Notes: generated from the letters alone by a model not told the origin. Positions 37,948 through 48,746 are shown, counted from the stretch's first letter. The stretch: 64,000 nt of DNA from an uncultured Acidobacteriota bacterium (GCA_963713825.1 CAVQNG010000003.1:864001-928000), one strand, 5' to 3'. Translations and numbers: made by a program.

Positions 37948-40601
37948 GTGATTGGTGAGACCCTGGGTCACTACCGAATCGTCCAGCTGTTGGGCAAGGG
38001 TGGCATGGGTGAGGTCTACCTGGCCGAGGACACCAAGCTCGATCGCCAGGTGGCACTCAAGATCCTGCCGGCCGAGCTGGCCGGAGACAGCGAGCGGCGA
38101 GCCCGCTTCGAGCGGGAGGCCAAGGCTGTCGCTTCCCTGAACCACCCCAACATCGTCACCATTCACTCCGTCGAGGAGGACAAAGGCTTCCACTTTCTCA
38201 CCATGGAGATGGTGCACGGCAAGTCCCTCTCGGAGCTGATTCCCGAGGGTGGGCTGACGCTGACGCGATTCTTCGATTTCGCGACTCCCCTGGCTGACGC
38301 CGTCAGCACGGCGCACCAGAACGGTGTGACCCACCGGGATCTGAAGCCCGACAACATCATGATGGGCGACGATGGCCGCCTTCGAGTGCTGGATTTCGGC
38401 CTCGCCAAATTGGCCGAGACCGCCAGTGGCGAAGAGGGCCCCGCCGAAGCGCCGACCCAGTCGGTGACGCAGGAGGGCAAGGTCCTGGGGACCGTGGCTT
38501 ACATGTCGCCGGAGCAGGCCGAGGGCAAGGGCGTCGACCATCGCAGCGACATCTTCTCCCTGGGCATCATCCTCTACGAGATGGCCACGGGCCAGCGTCC
38601 CTTCAAGGGCGACACGAGCCTCTCGGTCCTGTCCTCCATCCTGCGGGACACGCCGGGTTCGGTGACCGAACTCAACACTCGACTCCCCCGCCAGCTGGGT
38701 CGCATCGTTCGCCGCTGCCTCCAAAAGGAGCCGGAGCGGCGCTATCAGTCGGCTGTCGACCTGCGCAACGAGCTCGAAGAGCTCCAGGAAGAAGTAGCGA
38801 CCGGAGAGGTGACGCCCGTGGGCCAGGCAGGTCTGCACGCTGCCGCAGACAGTGGCTGGAAGAAGCTTCTCGTGGTTGGTGCGTTGGTTGTGGGCGCCGT
38901 GGGTCTGGGCTTAGGCCTGTGGAGCCTCGTCGGCCGAAAGAAACCCGCGGCGGACCCCGACACAGCGAGCTTCGAGTCGATGCAGATCCGGCCTTTGACA
39001 AGCACTGGCAACGCATTGATCAGTGCCATTTCACCGGACGGCAAGTACGTAGCCTACGTGGACGACGATGGCAGGAACAGGACGCTCAGAGTCAAGCAGG
39101 TCGCTACGGGCAGCGATGTCGAGATTGTCAGCCCAGGAATCATCTGGTTCGCCGATGTCCGTTTCTCACACGATGGCGATTACGTCTTCTACGTCGTGCA
39201 GCCCGAGTTCGATGCCCCTGGTGAGCTCTATCAGGTGCCGACCCTGGGTGGCACGCCACGCAAGCTGTTCGGGGATATCGCTACGGGGGTCAGCTTCTCG
39301 CCTGAAGGTTCCAAGGTCGCCTACTTCAAGGGTGAAGGAGGTCAGTTCGGAAACGAGGTCTGGGTGTCCAACGTGGACGGCAGCGATGTGAAGCAGCTAG
39401 CGTTGGTGGAGCCACCCAAGTTTTTCCTCGGCACTCCGGCCTGGTCACCGAATGACGATCTGCTGGTCATGGTCATGGCCGATGTGAGCGAGTTCAAAGG
39501 ACAACTCGTCGGAATCCCTAAGGGTGGTGGTGACCTGAAGCCGCTCGTGGATCGGAAGTGGGATGGTCTGGGCGAGGTGGCATGGCTGCCGGACGGATCG
39601 GGCGTCGTGTTCACAGTCTTCGAGAGAGGTTTCAGTGGGTTTCAACTGTTCGATATGGACTATCCATCGGGCGAGCTGCACCGGATTACCAACGACGTCA
39701 ATTCCTACATCGGCGTGAGCCTGACCGCCGACGGGCAGCGACTGGCGACCATCCAAGGAGATCGCCGGGCGGAGGTCTGGATTCAGGCTGTGGATCGAGA
39801 AGACTCGTTACGCAAGGTCGATACAACGACGGGCGCCAGCAATGGCGCCGACGGCGTGGCCTGGACAATGGACAACAGGATCGTCTATTCCGCCGACGAG
39901 GGTGCAGAACGGCATCTCTGGTTGATGAACGCTGACGGTAGCGAGGCGAGGCGACTCACGGTGTCTGGGACTCGGCACGCAGAACCCGCAATTCAGCCCG
40001 ATGGCCAGAGCATCGTGTTCGAGTCGTGGGGGGGAGATCAATTCGGCATCTGGTCGATCCGATTGGACGGTACAGGACTCGAAAAGCTGACACCGGATGG
40101 CGCTTTTGGCACTCGAGCGGCTGATCTCTCCCGATGGCGAGTGGCTGCTCTACGAGACCATCTACGAGGGGGACTTCCAGATGGTTCGGCAATCACTGGC
40201 GACTGGAGAGACGCGAGGTCGTACTCACAGGGGATTGCCACTCACCCTCTTGGTCGCCGGATGGATCGCGAATGGTTCTGCATTTCCGAGCCGGAGGGGA
40301 ACGCCTTTGGAAAACCGGGATTCTCACCCCTGACGGCAGCGAGCTTTTGGGGACCTACGACTTCCATTCCGAGCTCGATTCGCCATGGAGTGCCGATGGG
40401 CAGAGCCTCTTCCATGCCGAGACCAAGGATGGCGTCACCAACATCTATCTGATGCCCCTCGACGGGGGTGAGCCGCAGCAACTGACCGACTTCAGCGAGG
40501 GGGAGATCTTCGACTTTGACGTCTCGCCAGACGGCTCGACCCTCCTCATCGCTCAGGGCCGCCGCGTCCGCGACATCGTCCTGATCGACGACTTCCGCTA
40601 G
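37948..40601 (+). CDS. Ser/Thr protein kinase with TM helix and TolB-like/PD40 beta-propeller (two frameshifts near 40115 and 40212)
   Basis: GKGGMGEV, HRDLKPDN, DFGLAK and YMSPEQ motifs. SPDG repeats continue across three frames to the stop at 40601. Confidence 0.9.
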
Positions 40602-40610
40602 CCGGTATCC

Positions 40611-42626
40611 TCAGGGCACGCTGCTCGACCAAGCAGTGAGATTGCCGGACTCGAATCCGTCCGTGAAGATCCTGGCGTCCACGACCGTCACGGTCACAGT
40701 TCCCAGGTTCGAATCGGTCCAACCATCCCAGGCGGCGAAGGTGAAGGTGTCGACGCCGCTGAAGCCGTCGAACGGAAAGTAGGTAGCTGTCGTACCGTCA
40801 AGGGCCACCGTGCCGTTGGCTGGCTGCGAGACGATGCGCAAGGTCAGCAGGTCGCCATCCTGGTCGCTGGCCGCCAAGGCAATATCCACTGGAATTCCAT
40901 TGTCGGCGTCTGTAGAGGCGTTCTGAACGACGGCCGGATGATTGGGACTCGCATCCTCGCTGTCGGGACCATCGTGGCAAGCGTAGCAACCGATCCGAAA
41001 TCCGCGCCAGAAGTGCTTGTCGCCGAAATCGTCGGTGTCGGCGACCCAGTCGGCCTGGGAGTAGGAGAGCACGGTCCCCTTGTAGTCGGTGCCGTGGCAG
41101 CCCTGGCAGGGTGTGTCGTCATGGTCGGCGGCGTCTTTGTGACCCTGGATCCAACTCTGGCCGATTGGGTGCAGGCCATGTGGACCCCCGCTGACGGTGT
41201 TCGGAGTCGTGAGGTGGCAAGCGGTGCACTCCGCCAGTGTGCCCTCATGACCCTGGAGGTCCTGGTTCTGGATGTTGTCGTTGGGATGCGAGGCCGGGAA
41301 GATGGCGTGCGTCGAGCCGTGACAGGCGAGGCAGGACAGCTCCCCGTGGCCGAAGGAGAAACGATAGAGCGAGAAGCCGGCCGACGGAACGTCGGGATCC
41401 GTGGCAAAGGTCTGATTCACCGCCTGCCGAACGTCGTCGTTGGGTTCAAAGACCGAGTCGTAGCGGATCTGACCGTTGTTGTCGATGGCGGTGCCTGTGT
41501 GACAGCTCTGGCAGTTGGGCTGCTCGAGCCAGCCGACCCGGTTCTCGTCTCCGACATCACTCATCTTGCCGTGGCAACCCTGACACTGCATGGCTAGCGA
41601 GCCATCGGCGGCGACTGCCTTGCCCATTGCACCCCGGAGGCACCGGGTATCACTCCCCGGATGACAGCGGTAGCAGGCGGTCCGATTGTCGCTCGAATCC
41701 AGCGACATGCTGTTGGTCGGGTCGTTGACGTAGGCGTGAAGGCCGTGCACGGCGGTGGTCAGCGGCGGGATACCCGCGAGGCCCGTGCCGGGCAGCGCGT
41801 TCGAGCTATGGCAGCCGGCACAAAGCACCGAGATGCCGTCAGTGGCGACCGTAGGGTAGAGGCCTCCGGCGTTGTATCCCATGGTGGCGAGAGCGGCGGT
41901 GTACTTCGCGGACCCACCGTTGTAGTCGTCGTGGAGAAGCAGAATGTTGAGCCGGTAGTCGCGCTCCGGATCGGCATCCCAGATCCACCCACCAAAGGGC
42001 TCGGCATCGTCCGGGGAACCCGAGGCGTGGCAGGCCGAGCAATCCATCTCGTCGGAGACCGGCAGCACGATCGCCGTTTCGGCCAGAAGTGCCCCGCCGT
42101 TGTCTCGCGCCACGAGGCGCATCATTGGGTAGTAGTTCTTCTTTGCGGCATCGTCGTGAGGGGTGATCGGAATCCCGTCGCCGACGAACCAGTCGTGCGT
42201 TGCCTCCCAGTGCATGGGCTGCGGCGTGTTGGCGGCACCCGGCATGGTGTTGCCAGTCAGGCCTTCGTCGACGGGCAGGGCGACACCGAAGAGATCTTGG
42301 GCGTGATCCCAGAAGTTGGTCTTGCCGGCCGAAGTGATGTTGATCGAGCCTTGTGGGTCGGCGATGCCTTCATAGGTAACCGAGACGCCGGCCGGATTGG
42401 TGACCAGGTCTCCGTTCTCGTCGATGAGGTGGGCCTGAATGGTGTTGAAAGGCGGCAGAATGGAGAACACCTCGTAGTCGGCATCCATGCAGTGCATTCC
42501 CAGATCGTTCCAGCCTACGAGAGTCCAGTCGCCGCCGCCGGCCTCGACCGAATCGACGACCCTGCCGACGAGACTCGCGATGAACAACAGAGCGGACAAT
42601 CCGAGAGTGATATTTCGAAGTTTCAT
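40611..42626 (-). CDS. Secreted 9-heme cytochrome c with an Ig-like domain and IFxDGFESG tail
   Basis: Signal peptide, WNDLGMHC, nine CxxCH motifs, cadherin/Big_9-like DQDGD...PANG...DTFTF, and C-terminal IFTDGFESGNLTAWS. Confidence 0.92.
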   Translation of the reverse strand: MKLRNITLGLSALLFIASLVGRVVDSVEAGGGDWTLVGWNDLGMHCMDADYEVFSILPPFNTIQAHLIDENGDLVTNPAGVSVTYEGIADPQGSINITSAGKTNFWDHAQDLFGVALPVDEGLTGNTMPGAANTPQPMHWEATHDWFVGDGIPITPHDDAAKKNYYPMMRLVARDNGGALLAETAIVLPVSDEMDCSACHASGSPDDAEPFGGWIWDADPERDYRLNILLLHDDYNGGSAKYTAALATMGYNAGGLYPTVATDGISVLCAGCHSSNALPGTGLAGIPPLTTAVHGLHAYVNDPTNSMSLDSSDNRTACYRCHPGSDTRCLRGAMGKAVAADGSLAMQCQGCHGKMSDVGDENRVGWLEQPNCQSCHTGTAIDNNGQIRYDSVFEPNDDVRQAVNQTFATDPDVPSAGFSLYRFSFGHGELSCLACHGSTHAIFPASHPNDNIQNQDLQGHEGTLAECTACHLTTPNTVSGGPHGLHPIGQSWIQGHKDAADHDDTPCQGCHGTDYKGTVLSYSQADWVADTDDFGDKHFWRGFRIGCYACHDGPDSEDASPNHPAVVQNASTDADNGIPVDIALAASDQDGDLLTLRIVSQPANGTVALDGTTATYFPFDGFSGVDTFTFAAWDGWTDSNLGTVTVTVVDARIFTDGFESGNLTAWSSSVP

Positions 42627-42718
42627 GGCATCTCCCTTCCATGTGCCGACCCGAGTGCCGCGGCGATGAGCTGCCGGGTTGCGTTGTGCCGAGAGGCTGT
42701 GGCCTTGATACTGGGGGG

Positions 42719-42788
42719 AGTATGTTAGCTGCCAACGGACCTGACTGTGAAGAAAGTCACACCGTCCCATCCCCGCAACCGTTGGCAG
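42719..42788 (-). promoter_or_regulatory. CRP/FNR-family class II promoter for the cytochrome gene
   Basis: Perfect TGTGA-AGAAAG-TCACA at 42746-42761, centred 29.5 bp upstream of the first base of minus-strand CATACT (42724-42719). A 10-bp inverted repeat flanks it at 42729-42738 and 42779-42788. Confidence 0.7.
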
Positions 42789-42849
42789 AGAATGATCGAA
42801 ACTTTCCTCTTTCGGGAGCGGTAGTGTCGAAAAGAGGGAGGACACGGGT

Positions 42850-43347
42850 ATGTGGAGACATTCTCTTGTGAAGGGCTGCGCTGTTCTGGCGATTTTCGGG
42901 CTGGTGGTCGCACCGGCGCTGGCCAAGGAGAAGAAGGACACCATCACCATCGACATCGAGGACTCCGAGGGCAGCAAGACGTCGATCTCTCTGACGACCG
43001 ACCTCGTCTCCGGGGCGCTCGAGGGCATGGTCGACGAAGACCTCGAGTGCAAGGGAGACATCGAATCCGACACACGGGAAATGCTCGAGTACTTGAGCAA
43101 GAAGGGTAGGGGCTCGCGCTATACCCTCGAGAAAGAGGACGGCGAGGTCATCAAGGCTCATCGGCGCAAGGACCAACTGGATCTCGAGATCCTCGGCGAC
43201 GACGAGGACCCGACGCACGTCTCCATGCCCTGGCTCCTCGCCGAGTGCATGCTCGGCAACAAAGTGGCCGCCAAGGAGCTCGAGAAAGCCGACGGCCTCA
43301 AGTTCAGCGTCAAGAAAGACGGCGGAGTCGAGCTCCGCGTCGAGTGA
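42850..43347 (+). CDS. Hypothetical secreted protein
   Basis: GGAGG RBS, signal peptide (ALA) and strong codon bias; preceded by CGAAAC-N17-GGTAG. Confidence 0.8.
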   Translation: MWRHSLVKGCAVLAIFGLVVAPALAKEKKDTITIDIEDSEGSKTSISLTTDLVSGALEGMVDEDLECKGDIESDTREMLEYLSKKGRGSRYTLEKEDGEVIKAHRRKDQLDLEILGDDEDPTHVSMPWLLAECMLGNKVAAKELEKADGLKFSVKKDGGVELRVE

Positions 43348-43372
43348 AGCGGCAAGTGGTCGCAGTCGCTAG

Positions 43373-44845
43373 TTAGCCGGCAAGAACCTCGTCGACCGCT
43401 GCGCGGATGTCCTCCAGTGCCTGACGCATCCGGTCCAGATGTGTCCGAAAGCTCAGCACACAGATCCGGATGACAAAGCGGCCCTCCAGGTGGGTGGCGG
43501 TGAGGAAGACCCGCTGTCGGTCGTTGATGCGCCGCAGCAGCTCTTGATCGAGCTCGTCGATGGCCGCTGCATCGAGATCCGGAGGCACGAGTCGGAAGGC
43601 GAGGATCGACAGCTGTGGTTCGGCGACGATCTCCATGTGCTCGATCGAGCGCAGCTCTTCGCATGCCCACGCTGCCAGATCCAGCTTCTCGTCCAGGGCC
43701 TCGCGAAAGACCGAGAAACCGTGCATTTTCAAAGGCAGCCAGACCCGAAGACCGCGGAAGTCCCGCGACAGCTCGGGTGAGAGCTCGCAGAAGTCCACCA
43801 GATCGGGAGCCTGCTGCATCTCGGGCATGTAGTCGGCCTCGAGGTGGTGGGCTGTCCGGAGAGTTTCCTTATCTCGGACCAGCAGACAGCCTGTACCGTA
43901 GGGCAGGAACAGACCCTTGTGGGGGTCGAGAGTGATGGAGTCGGCCGACTCGAGGCCGCGCATGATCTGCTGGCCCCGTTCGGTCAGTGCGAAGAATCCA
44001 CCGTAGGCGCCATCGACGTGCAACCAGAGCCCGCGCTCCCGAGCGACATCCGCCAAAGCCTCGAAATCATCCACGGCCCCCGTGTTCACCGTGCCGGCGC
44101 TACCCACCACGAGGAAGGGCTCCATCCCGGCTTGGCGATCAGCATCGATCTGGGATTTCAAGGCTTCGATGTGGATTCGCTGCGAGCCATCCGAGGGCAC
44201 TTCGCGGATGTTGCCGACGGGGAAGCCGGCCAGCATGGCGGCCTTGGTAACGGAGTGATGAACCTGATCGGAGCAGTAGAGAGTGCCCCGCAGGAAGTCG
44301 TCCTCGAGTCGATTTCGCCTCGCAGTCACAATGGCGGTGAAGTTGGCCAGTGATCCACCGGAAGTCAGCACGCCCAGCGAACCTTCGGGGTAGCCCACCA
44401 TTTGGCAGAACCAGCGCAGGACGTTGGCTTCCAGCTCCACGAGGCCTGGGGCGGCGACCCAGACGCCGACATAGCGATTGATGGCGTTGGCGATCAGGTC
44501 CGCGACGGCGGCATGGAGGAGGCCTCCTCCCGGGATATAGGCCAGATACCCGGGGCTGGGCGTGTTATAGGTCTTGTCCAGACCCTGGTCGAAAACCGTC
44601 GCCAAGAGCTCGGTGAAGGGTGTGGCCCCTTCGGGCAACGTCTCCTCGCGCAGCGACCGCGCCAGTTTCTCGCCACCGGATGTGTAGGACATCGGTTGTT
44701 CGGGGAGCGTCTCGAGATGGGCGACGACCCTCTCCATGGCACCCTCCACCATGCGACGCAAGTCGTTGACACTGAGCTCGAGAGGCCAATCGGTCTCCAA
44801 TTCTTCGCCGTTGTGCCCGGGATCCAGGATGTAGGTCTCGCTCAT
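43373..44845 (-). CDS. Group II PLP-dependent (aromatic L-amino acid) decarboxylase
   Basis: YLAYIPGGG, TSGGSLAN, HHSVTKA, AGTVNTGAVD, WLHVDGAYGG and DPHK motifs. Confidence 0.93.
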   Translation of the reverse strand: MSETYILDPGHNGEELETDWPLELSVNDLRRMVEGAMERVVAHLETLPEQPMSYTSGGEKLARSLREETLPEGATPFTELLATVFDQGLDKTYNTPSPGYLAYIPGGGLLHAAVADLIANAINRYVGVWVAAPGLVELEANVLRWFCQMVGYPEGSLGVLTSGGSLANFTAIVTARRNRLEDDFLRGTLYCSDQVHHSVTKAAMLAGFPVGNIREVPSDGSQRIHIEALKSQIDADRQAGMEPFLVVGSAGTVNTGAVDDFEALADVARERGLWLHVDGAYGGFFALTERGQQIMRGLESADSITLDPHKGLFLPYGTGCLLVRDKETLRTAHHLEADYMPEMQQAPDLVDFCELSPELSRDFRGLRVWLPLKMHGFSVFREALDEKLDLAAWACEELRSIEHMEIVAEPQLSILAFRLVPPDLDAAAIDELDQELLRRINDRQRVFLTATHLEGRFVIRICVLSFRTHLDRMRQALEDIRAAVDEVLAG

Positions 44846-44956
44846 GGGTCCTCCTGCCTGCTGGGTGAAAGCCTAACCGCAATGCGCTGTGAAGGCGACT
44901 CGGATTTTGTCGATAGACTTGACCGGTATCCGATCGTGGAAGGAGGGTCCCTGGCC

Positions 44957-46147
44957 GTGAAACGTCGCACCTTGGTCATCAGCCTGTTGATAGTGCTCGG
45001 TGTCGTGACCGCCGCCTGGGCTGTCGGTGTGCCGAGCCCGACGGGTGGTGAAACAGGACAGCCCGAGCATCTCGCCAAGATGGTGCTCTACGCCTGCCTG
45101 GCGCTGATCTTTTCCTTCCTGTGCTCGGTCGCTGAAGCGGTGCTGCTGAGCGTCTCGCCGTCGTACATCGTTCACCTGGAGCAACAGGGCAAGAAGTCGG
45201 CGGCGCGCCTGAAGAAGGTCAAGACGGACATCGACCGCTCACTCGCGGCCATACTCACCCTCAACACCATTGCCCATACTGTCGGTGCCGGCGGTGCCGG
45301 TGCCGAGGCGGCGGCCTACTTTGGGGATCGCTATGTAGGGATCGCCATGGCGGTGCTAACGCTGTTGATCCTCTTCCTCTCGGAGATTGTGCCCAAGACG
45401 TTGGGAGCGGTGTTCTGGCGCCAGCTGGCAGGCCCCACAGCCTGGTTCATCCAGGTCTTGATTTGGGCGCTCTACCCATTCATCTGGGTCTCCGAGCGGC
45501 TGACCAGGTTGATCACCGGCGGCAAGGAGGTCCACGTCTTCAGTCGCGAGGAGTTCGCGGCGATGGCCGAGATCGGAGCGCAGAGTGGGCACCTGGACGA
45601 CTCGGAATCGCGCATTCTGAAGAACCTCTTTCGTTTTCCGGAGCTACGTGTCGAAGACATCATGACGCCGAGGACGGTGGTCTTCGCCATGCAGCAGGAT
45701 CTGACGGTTTCCGAAGCGCTCGAGAAGCACCCCGAGATTCCCTTCTCGCGGATCCCCGTCTTTGGTGAGACGCGCGATGAGATTACCGGTTTCGTGCTCA
45801 AGACGGATCTGCTGATCGCGCAGCTCGAGGGTCACGGTGATCAACCGCTGCGAGAGCTCAAGCGCGAATTGGGATTTGTCATAAACACCAGCTCGGTGGA
45901 AACAGTAGCGGACGAGTTGCTCGGCAAGCGGGCCCATCTGCTTGCGGTCTTTGGCGAGCATGGTGGCCTGGCCGGCGTCGTCAGTCTGGAAGATGTCGTC
46001 GAGACCCTGATCGGCATCGAGATCGTCGACGAGGCCGACAAGATCGACGACATGCGCCTGTTGGCCCGGGAGAAGTGGGAGGAGCGCATGCAGCGCCTCG
46101 GTCTCGATCCGCTGATCTTCAAGGACCCGGACGAGCCGAAACCCTGA
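44957..46147 (+). CDS. CNNM (DUF21)-CBS hemolysin family membrane protein
   Basis: FSFLCSVAEAVLLS, LTLNTIAHT, SEIVPK, IMTPR, FSRIPV and LEDVVETLIG motifs. Confidence 0.92.
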   Translation: MKRRTLVISLLIVLGVVTAAWAVGVPSPTGGETGQPEHLAKMVLYACLALIFSFLCSVAEAVLLSVSPSYIVHLEQQGKKSAARLKKVKTDIDRSLAAILTLNTIAHTVGAGGAGAEAAAYFGDRYVGIAMAVLTLLILFLSEIVPKTLGAVFWRQLAGPTAWFIQVLIWALYPFIWVSERLTRLITGGKEVHVFSREEFAAMAEIGAQSGHLDDSESRILKNLFRFPELRVEDIMTPRTVVFAMQQDLTVSEALEKHPEIPFSRIPVFGETRDEITGFVLKTDLLIAQLEGHGDQPLRELKRELGFVINTSSVETVADELLGKRAHLLAVFGEHGGLAGVVSLEDVVETLIGIEIVDEADKIDDMRLLAREKWEERMQRLGLDPLIFKDPDEPKP

Positions 46148-46182
46148 AAAGAAAGGGGCCGCCCGCAATGCGGAACGGCCCC
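46147..46182 (-). terminator. Rho-independent terminator (possibly bidirectional)
   Basis: GGGGCCG...CGGCCCC hairpin with an AAAAGAAA tract, between convergent genes. Confidence 0.7.
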
Positions 46183-46213
46183 GATGCAATCTGTCGACTG
46201 TCTGGTTCGACGA

Positions 46214-47620
46214 TCAGTCGTCCGACTTTTCCGAGGGAGCGCTTTTCATACTCTCGGGCACCAACTCTTCTGGGATGAAGATCGGCTTGTCGGTGGGCCA
46301 GTGCTCCATCAGGACCGGCTTGTACCCCTCGGGGTAGTAGAGGTCGGGATCGATCTCCGCATCGCGAATGAACTGAGACTGGAGGTCTTCGCGCTGGAAA
46401 GGTGGCGTCGGTACGATCAGGCCGCTGTATTTCTCGATCGAGGCATCGGCGTTGGGCGCCTTGACGTTCGGATAGTCCGGAACCACACCGTCCCGCACCC
46501 AAATGCTCTCCTCGGTGACGTTGACCACCACCATGTCGGGGGCGCCGAAGTGGAAGGGACCCTTCCAGTGCTCGCGCACCTCGGCGATTGTCTCCGCGTT
46601 GATATACGGGTCGAAGGGCATGTGGGTGGTCATCGCCATTCGAGGCTTGACCTGGTTGAAGATGTACCCCACGGCGTAAGAGGGCGAGTGGTGTGTGTCG
46701 ATGGTGTACCGGCCCACGAAAGGCGGCACGCCCTGCACGCCGGAGCTGATCGCGACCACCTCGGGCTGCGTTTCAGAGATCATCACGTCCACGCCCTTGC
46801 AGTACTCGATGTCCAGCGTGTTGGGCCGGGTGTCGCCGGTGAAGCAAAAGCTCAAGTCGTTCCAGTCCAGCCGGTAACCGGATGCCCCGTCTTTGGCGTG
46901 CGAAGCCGGCCAGTGGATCACCTTGACGCCGTTCTTCTCATAGGCGGTGCCTCCGGCATCCGCGAAGTCGAACTCGTTGACGTCGATCTCCCAGCCGACA
47001 GGAAAGACACTGAACGCCTCCCGGTGCCAATGCATCATCTGCTTCATGCCTTCGACCATGTATTTGACGCCGTCCTTTTCGGTGCGGCCCGAAGGTCCAG
47101 TGATCCGGAGGGGTTCATGCCAGCGTCCGGCCCAGGCTCCGAAGGCGTACACCCAAGGCAGGGAGCCGAAGTGATCGACATGTAGATGGCTCAGGAAGAT
47201 GTCATTGAGCTTGTTGACGGAAATTCCTGAGGCCAGGTAGTTCGAGACGGCGCCTTCGCCCATGTCGAAGATGAAGGTGTCTCCGTTGCCGAGCTCGACG
47301 TAGATGGAGGTGTTCATCTGACCGGGACGCAGCATGGGAGCGGTCCCCATGAAGGTGATGCGCATCTCGTCGGGCTGGACTTCTTCGGTGCCGGGGAACC
47401 AATTGGCGGCACTCTTGAGCCAGGGCTGGGGATCGATCCCTTCGAACAGTAGGCCCTCCTTCCACCGGCCCATCGGCACGCCGCCGGTGGCTCTGACCTC
47501 CTGCATGGTGGCCTCGTCTGCAAAATCGGCTGCGGCCCACTGTGCCCCAACGGAGTTGGGAAGTAGGGCGAGAAGAAAGAGCGCCAAGGGGAAGATGAGA
47601 TGTCTGGGTGGTTGCAGCAT
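46214..47620 (-). CDS. Secreted MBL-fold metallo-hydrolase (RNase Z/AtsA arylsulfatase-like, GntH-like)
   Basis: Signal peptide; ITFMGT, VELGNGD, SHLHVDH (HxHxDH), FTGDT and THHSP motifs. Confidence 0.88.
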   Translation of the reverse strand: MLQPPRHLIFPLALFLLALLPNSVGAQWAAADFADEATMQEVRATGGVPMGRWKEGLLFEGIDPQPWLKSAANWFPGTEEVQPDEMRITFMGTAPMLRPGQMNTSIYVELGNGDTFIFDMGEGAVSNYLASGISVNKLNDIFLSHLHVDHFGSLPWVYAFGAWAGRWHEPLRITGPSGRTEKDGVKYMVEGMKQMMHWHREAFSVFPVGWEIDVNEFDFADAGGTAYEKNGVKVIHWPASHAKDGASGYRLDWNDLSFCFTGDTRPNTLDIEYCKGVDVMISETQPEVVAISSGVQGVPPFVGRYTIDTHHSPSYAVGYIFNQVKPRMAMTTHMPFDPYINAETIAEVREHWKGPFHFGAPDMVVVNVTEESIWVRDGVVPDYPNVKAPNADASIEKYSGLIVPTPPFQREDLQSQFIRDAEIDPDLYYPEGYKPVLMEHWPTDKPIFIPEELVPESMKSAPSEKSDD

Positions 47621-47768
47621 GAGAGCTCTCCTTTGAGTTAGATCTGGAAGCCAGCTAGACTTCGGCACCTCTTCCCTGCCGGTAGGCAGGCCACGACGCG
47701 CCGAGGAGTCTTGCCAGGAAGGCTGCGCAGTCTTTCCACGAGACTTGACAGAGCATCAAAAATCGGTC

Positions 47769-48746
47769 ATGCAGGAGCGAGCGGAGCTCACACCCGAACA
47801 GCCCTCGTGATCCGTAGCATCACACGTAGAGAGTTCCGAGTCTTAAGAGCCTGGAACCTCGAGTTTACTCCTCGACTGTGGTCGCTTCGACGCCGATGTT
47901 CTGCAGTTCGGCAGCGACGAGGCGCAGTTGGCCCGTGCTCGTTTCAATCGGCATCTCCACCAGGAGGGCGATCCGCCGCCGGGTTTGCGAACAGTCGTCA
48001 TACCCGCAGACGAATCCCTGGACTCTTGTGGCGAGGTCCGCGGATTAGCCGGTCGAACCCTGATGGTGTTTCCCGAATCAAGCCAAGCTCGAGAGCTTCT
48101 TTCACCCGGCTTCGACATCTATACCCTGTCGCTACACAACAACCTGGTCGAAGTTGTGGCGGAGTCGCTGGAGATCCCTTCGCTCGACGGATTGATGCGC
48201 GGTGCCGAAACCGTGGAGCTGCCGCGTCCTACGATGCGGGAGCTGCGCCACGGCGCCCGCGAGGTCTGCATGCGGGTCCGAACCGAGCCCCGGTGGCTGT
48301 CGCGATCGGGGTTGCAGGCGCGGCTCAGGCTCGATCTTCCGCGGCAGGTTCTCTTGTCCATCGCGGCGCATCTTGACCTGGAGGAAAAGGCGCCGGCTCA
48401 TCAGAAGGGCCGGGCCCTCCGCAGAGCTCTCGATTACCTGGCTCGACGGCCGGCAGAGGTCGCCTCGGTGGCGGAGCTCTGTCGGCACGCCGGCGTCAGC
48501 GAGCGGACGCTGCGCCGGGCCTTTCTCGAAGAGTTCGGAGTGCCGCCGAAGACCTATCTGATGACCATTCGGATGCGAGCGGTTCGGGCCGAGCTTCAGG
48601 CGAACCGGCCTGAGGAGGTGAAGATCGGCGACATCGCCAACCATTGGGGCTTCTGGCACATGGGCCAGTTCGCCGCTGACTACCGGCGCCACTTCGGGGA
48701 GCTGCCGTCGCAGACCCTCCGTAGGAGCGACCGATCAAGGTATTGA
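47769..48746 (+). pseudogene. EutR-like AraC regulator, frameshifted near 47870 (possibly a sequencing error)
   Basis: C-terminal GVSERTLRRAF...WGFWHMGQFAADYRRHFGELPS. The N-terminal WNLEFT and LDCGRF segments lie in different frames. Paralog of 55351-56322. Confidence 0.78.

Noticed and set aside
40100-40220. Programmed frameshifting in the kinase-propeller gene
   Set aside because: No slippery heptamer or stimulatory structure was seen, and similar indels occur in many nearby genes, which points to sequencing error.
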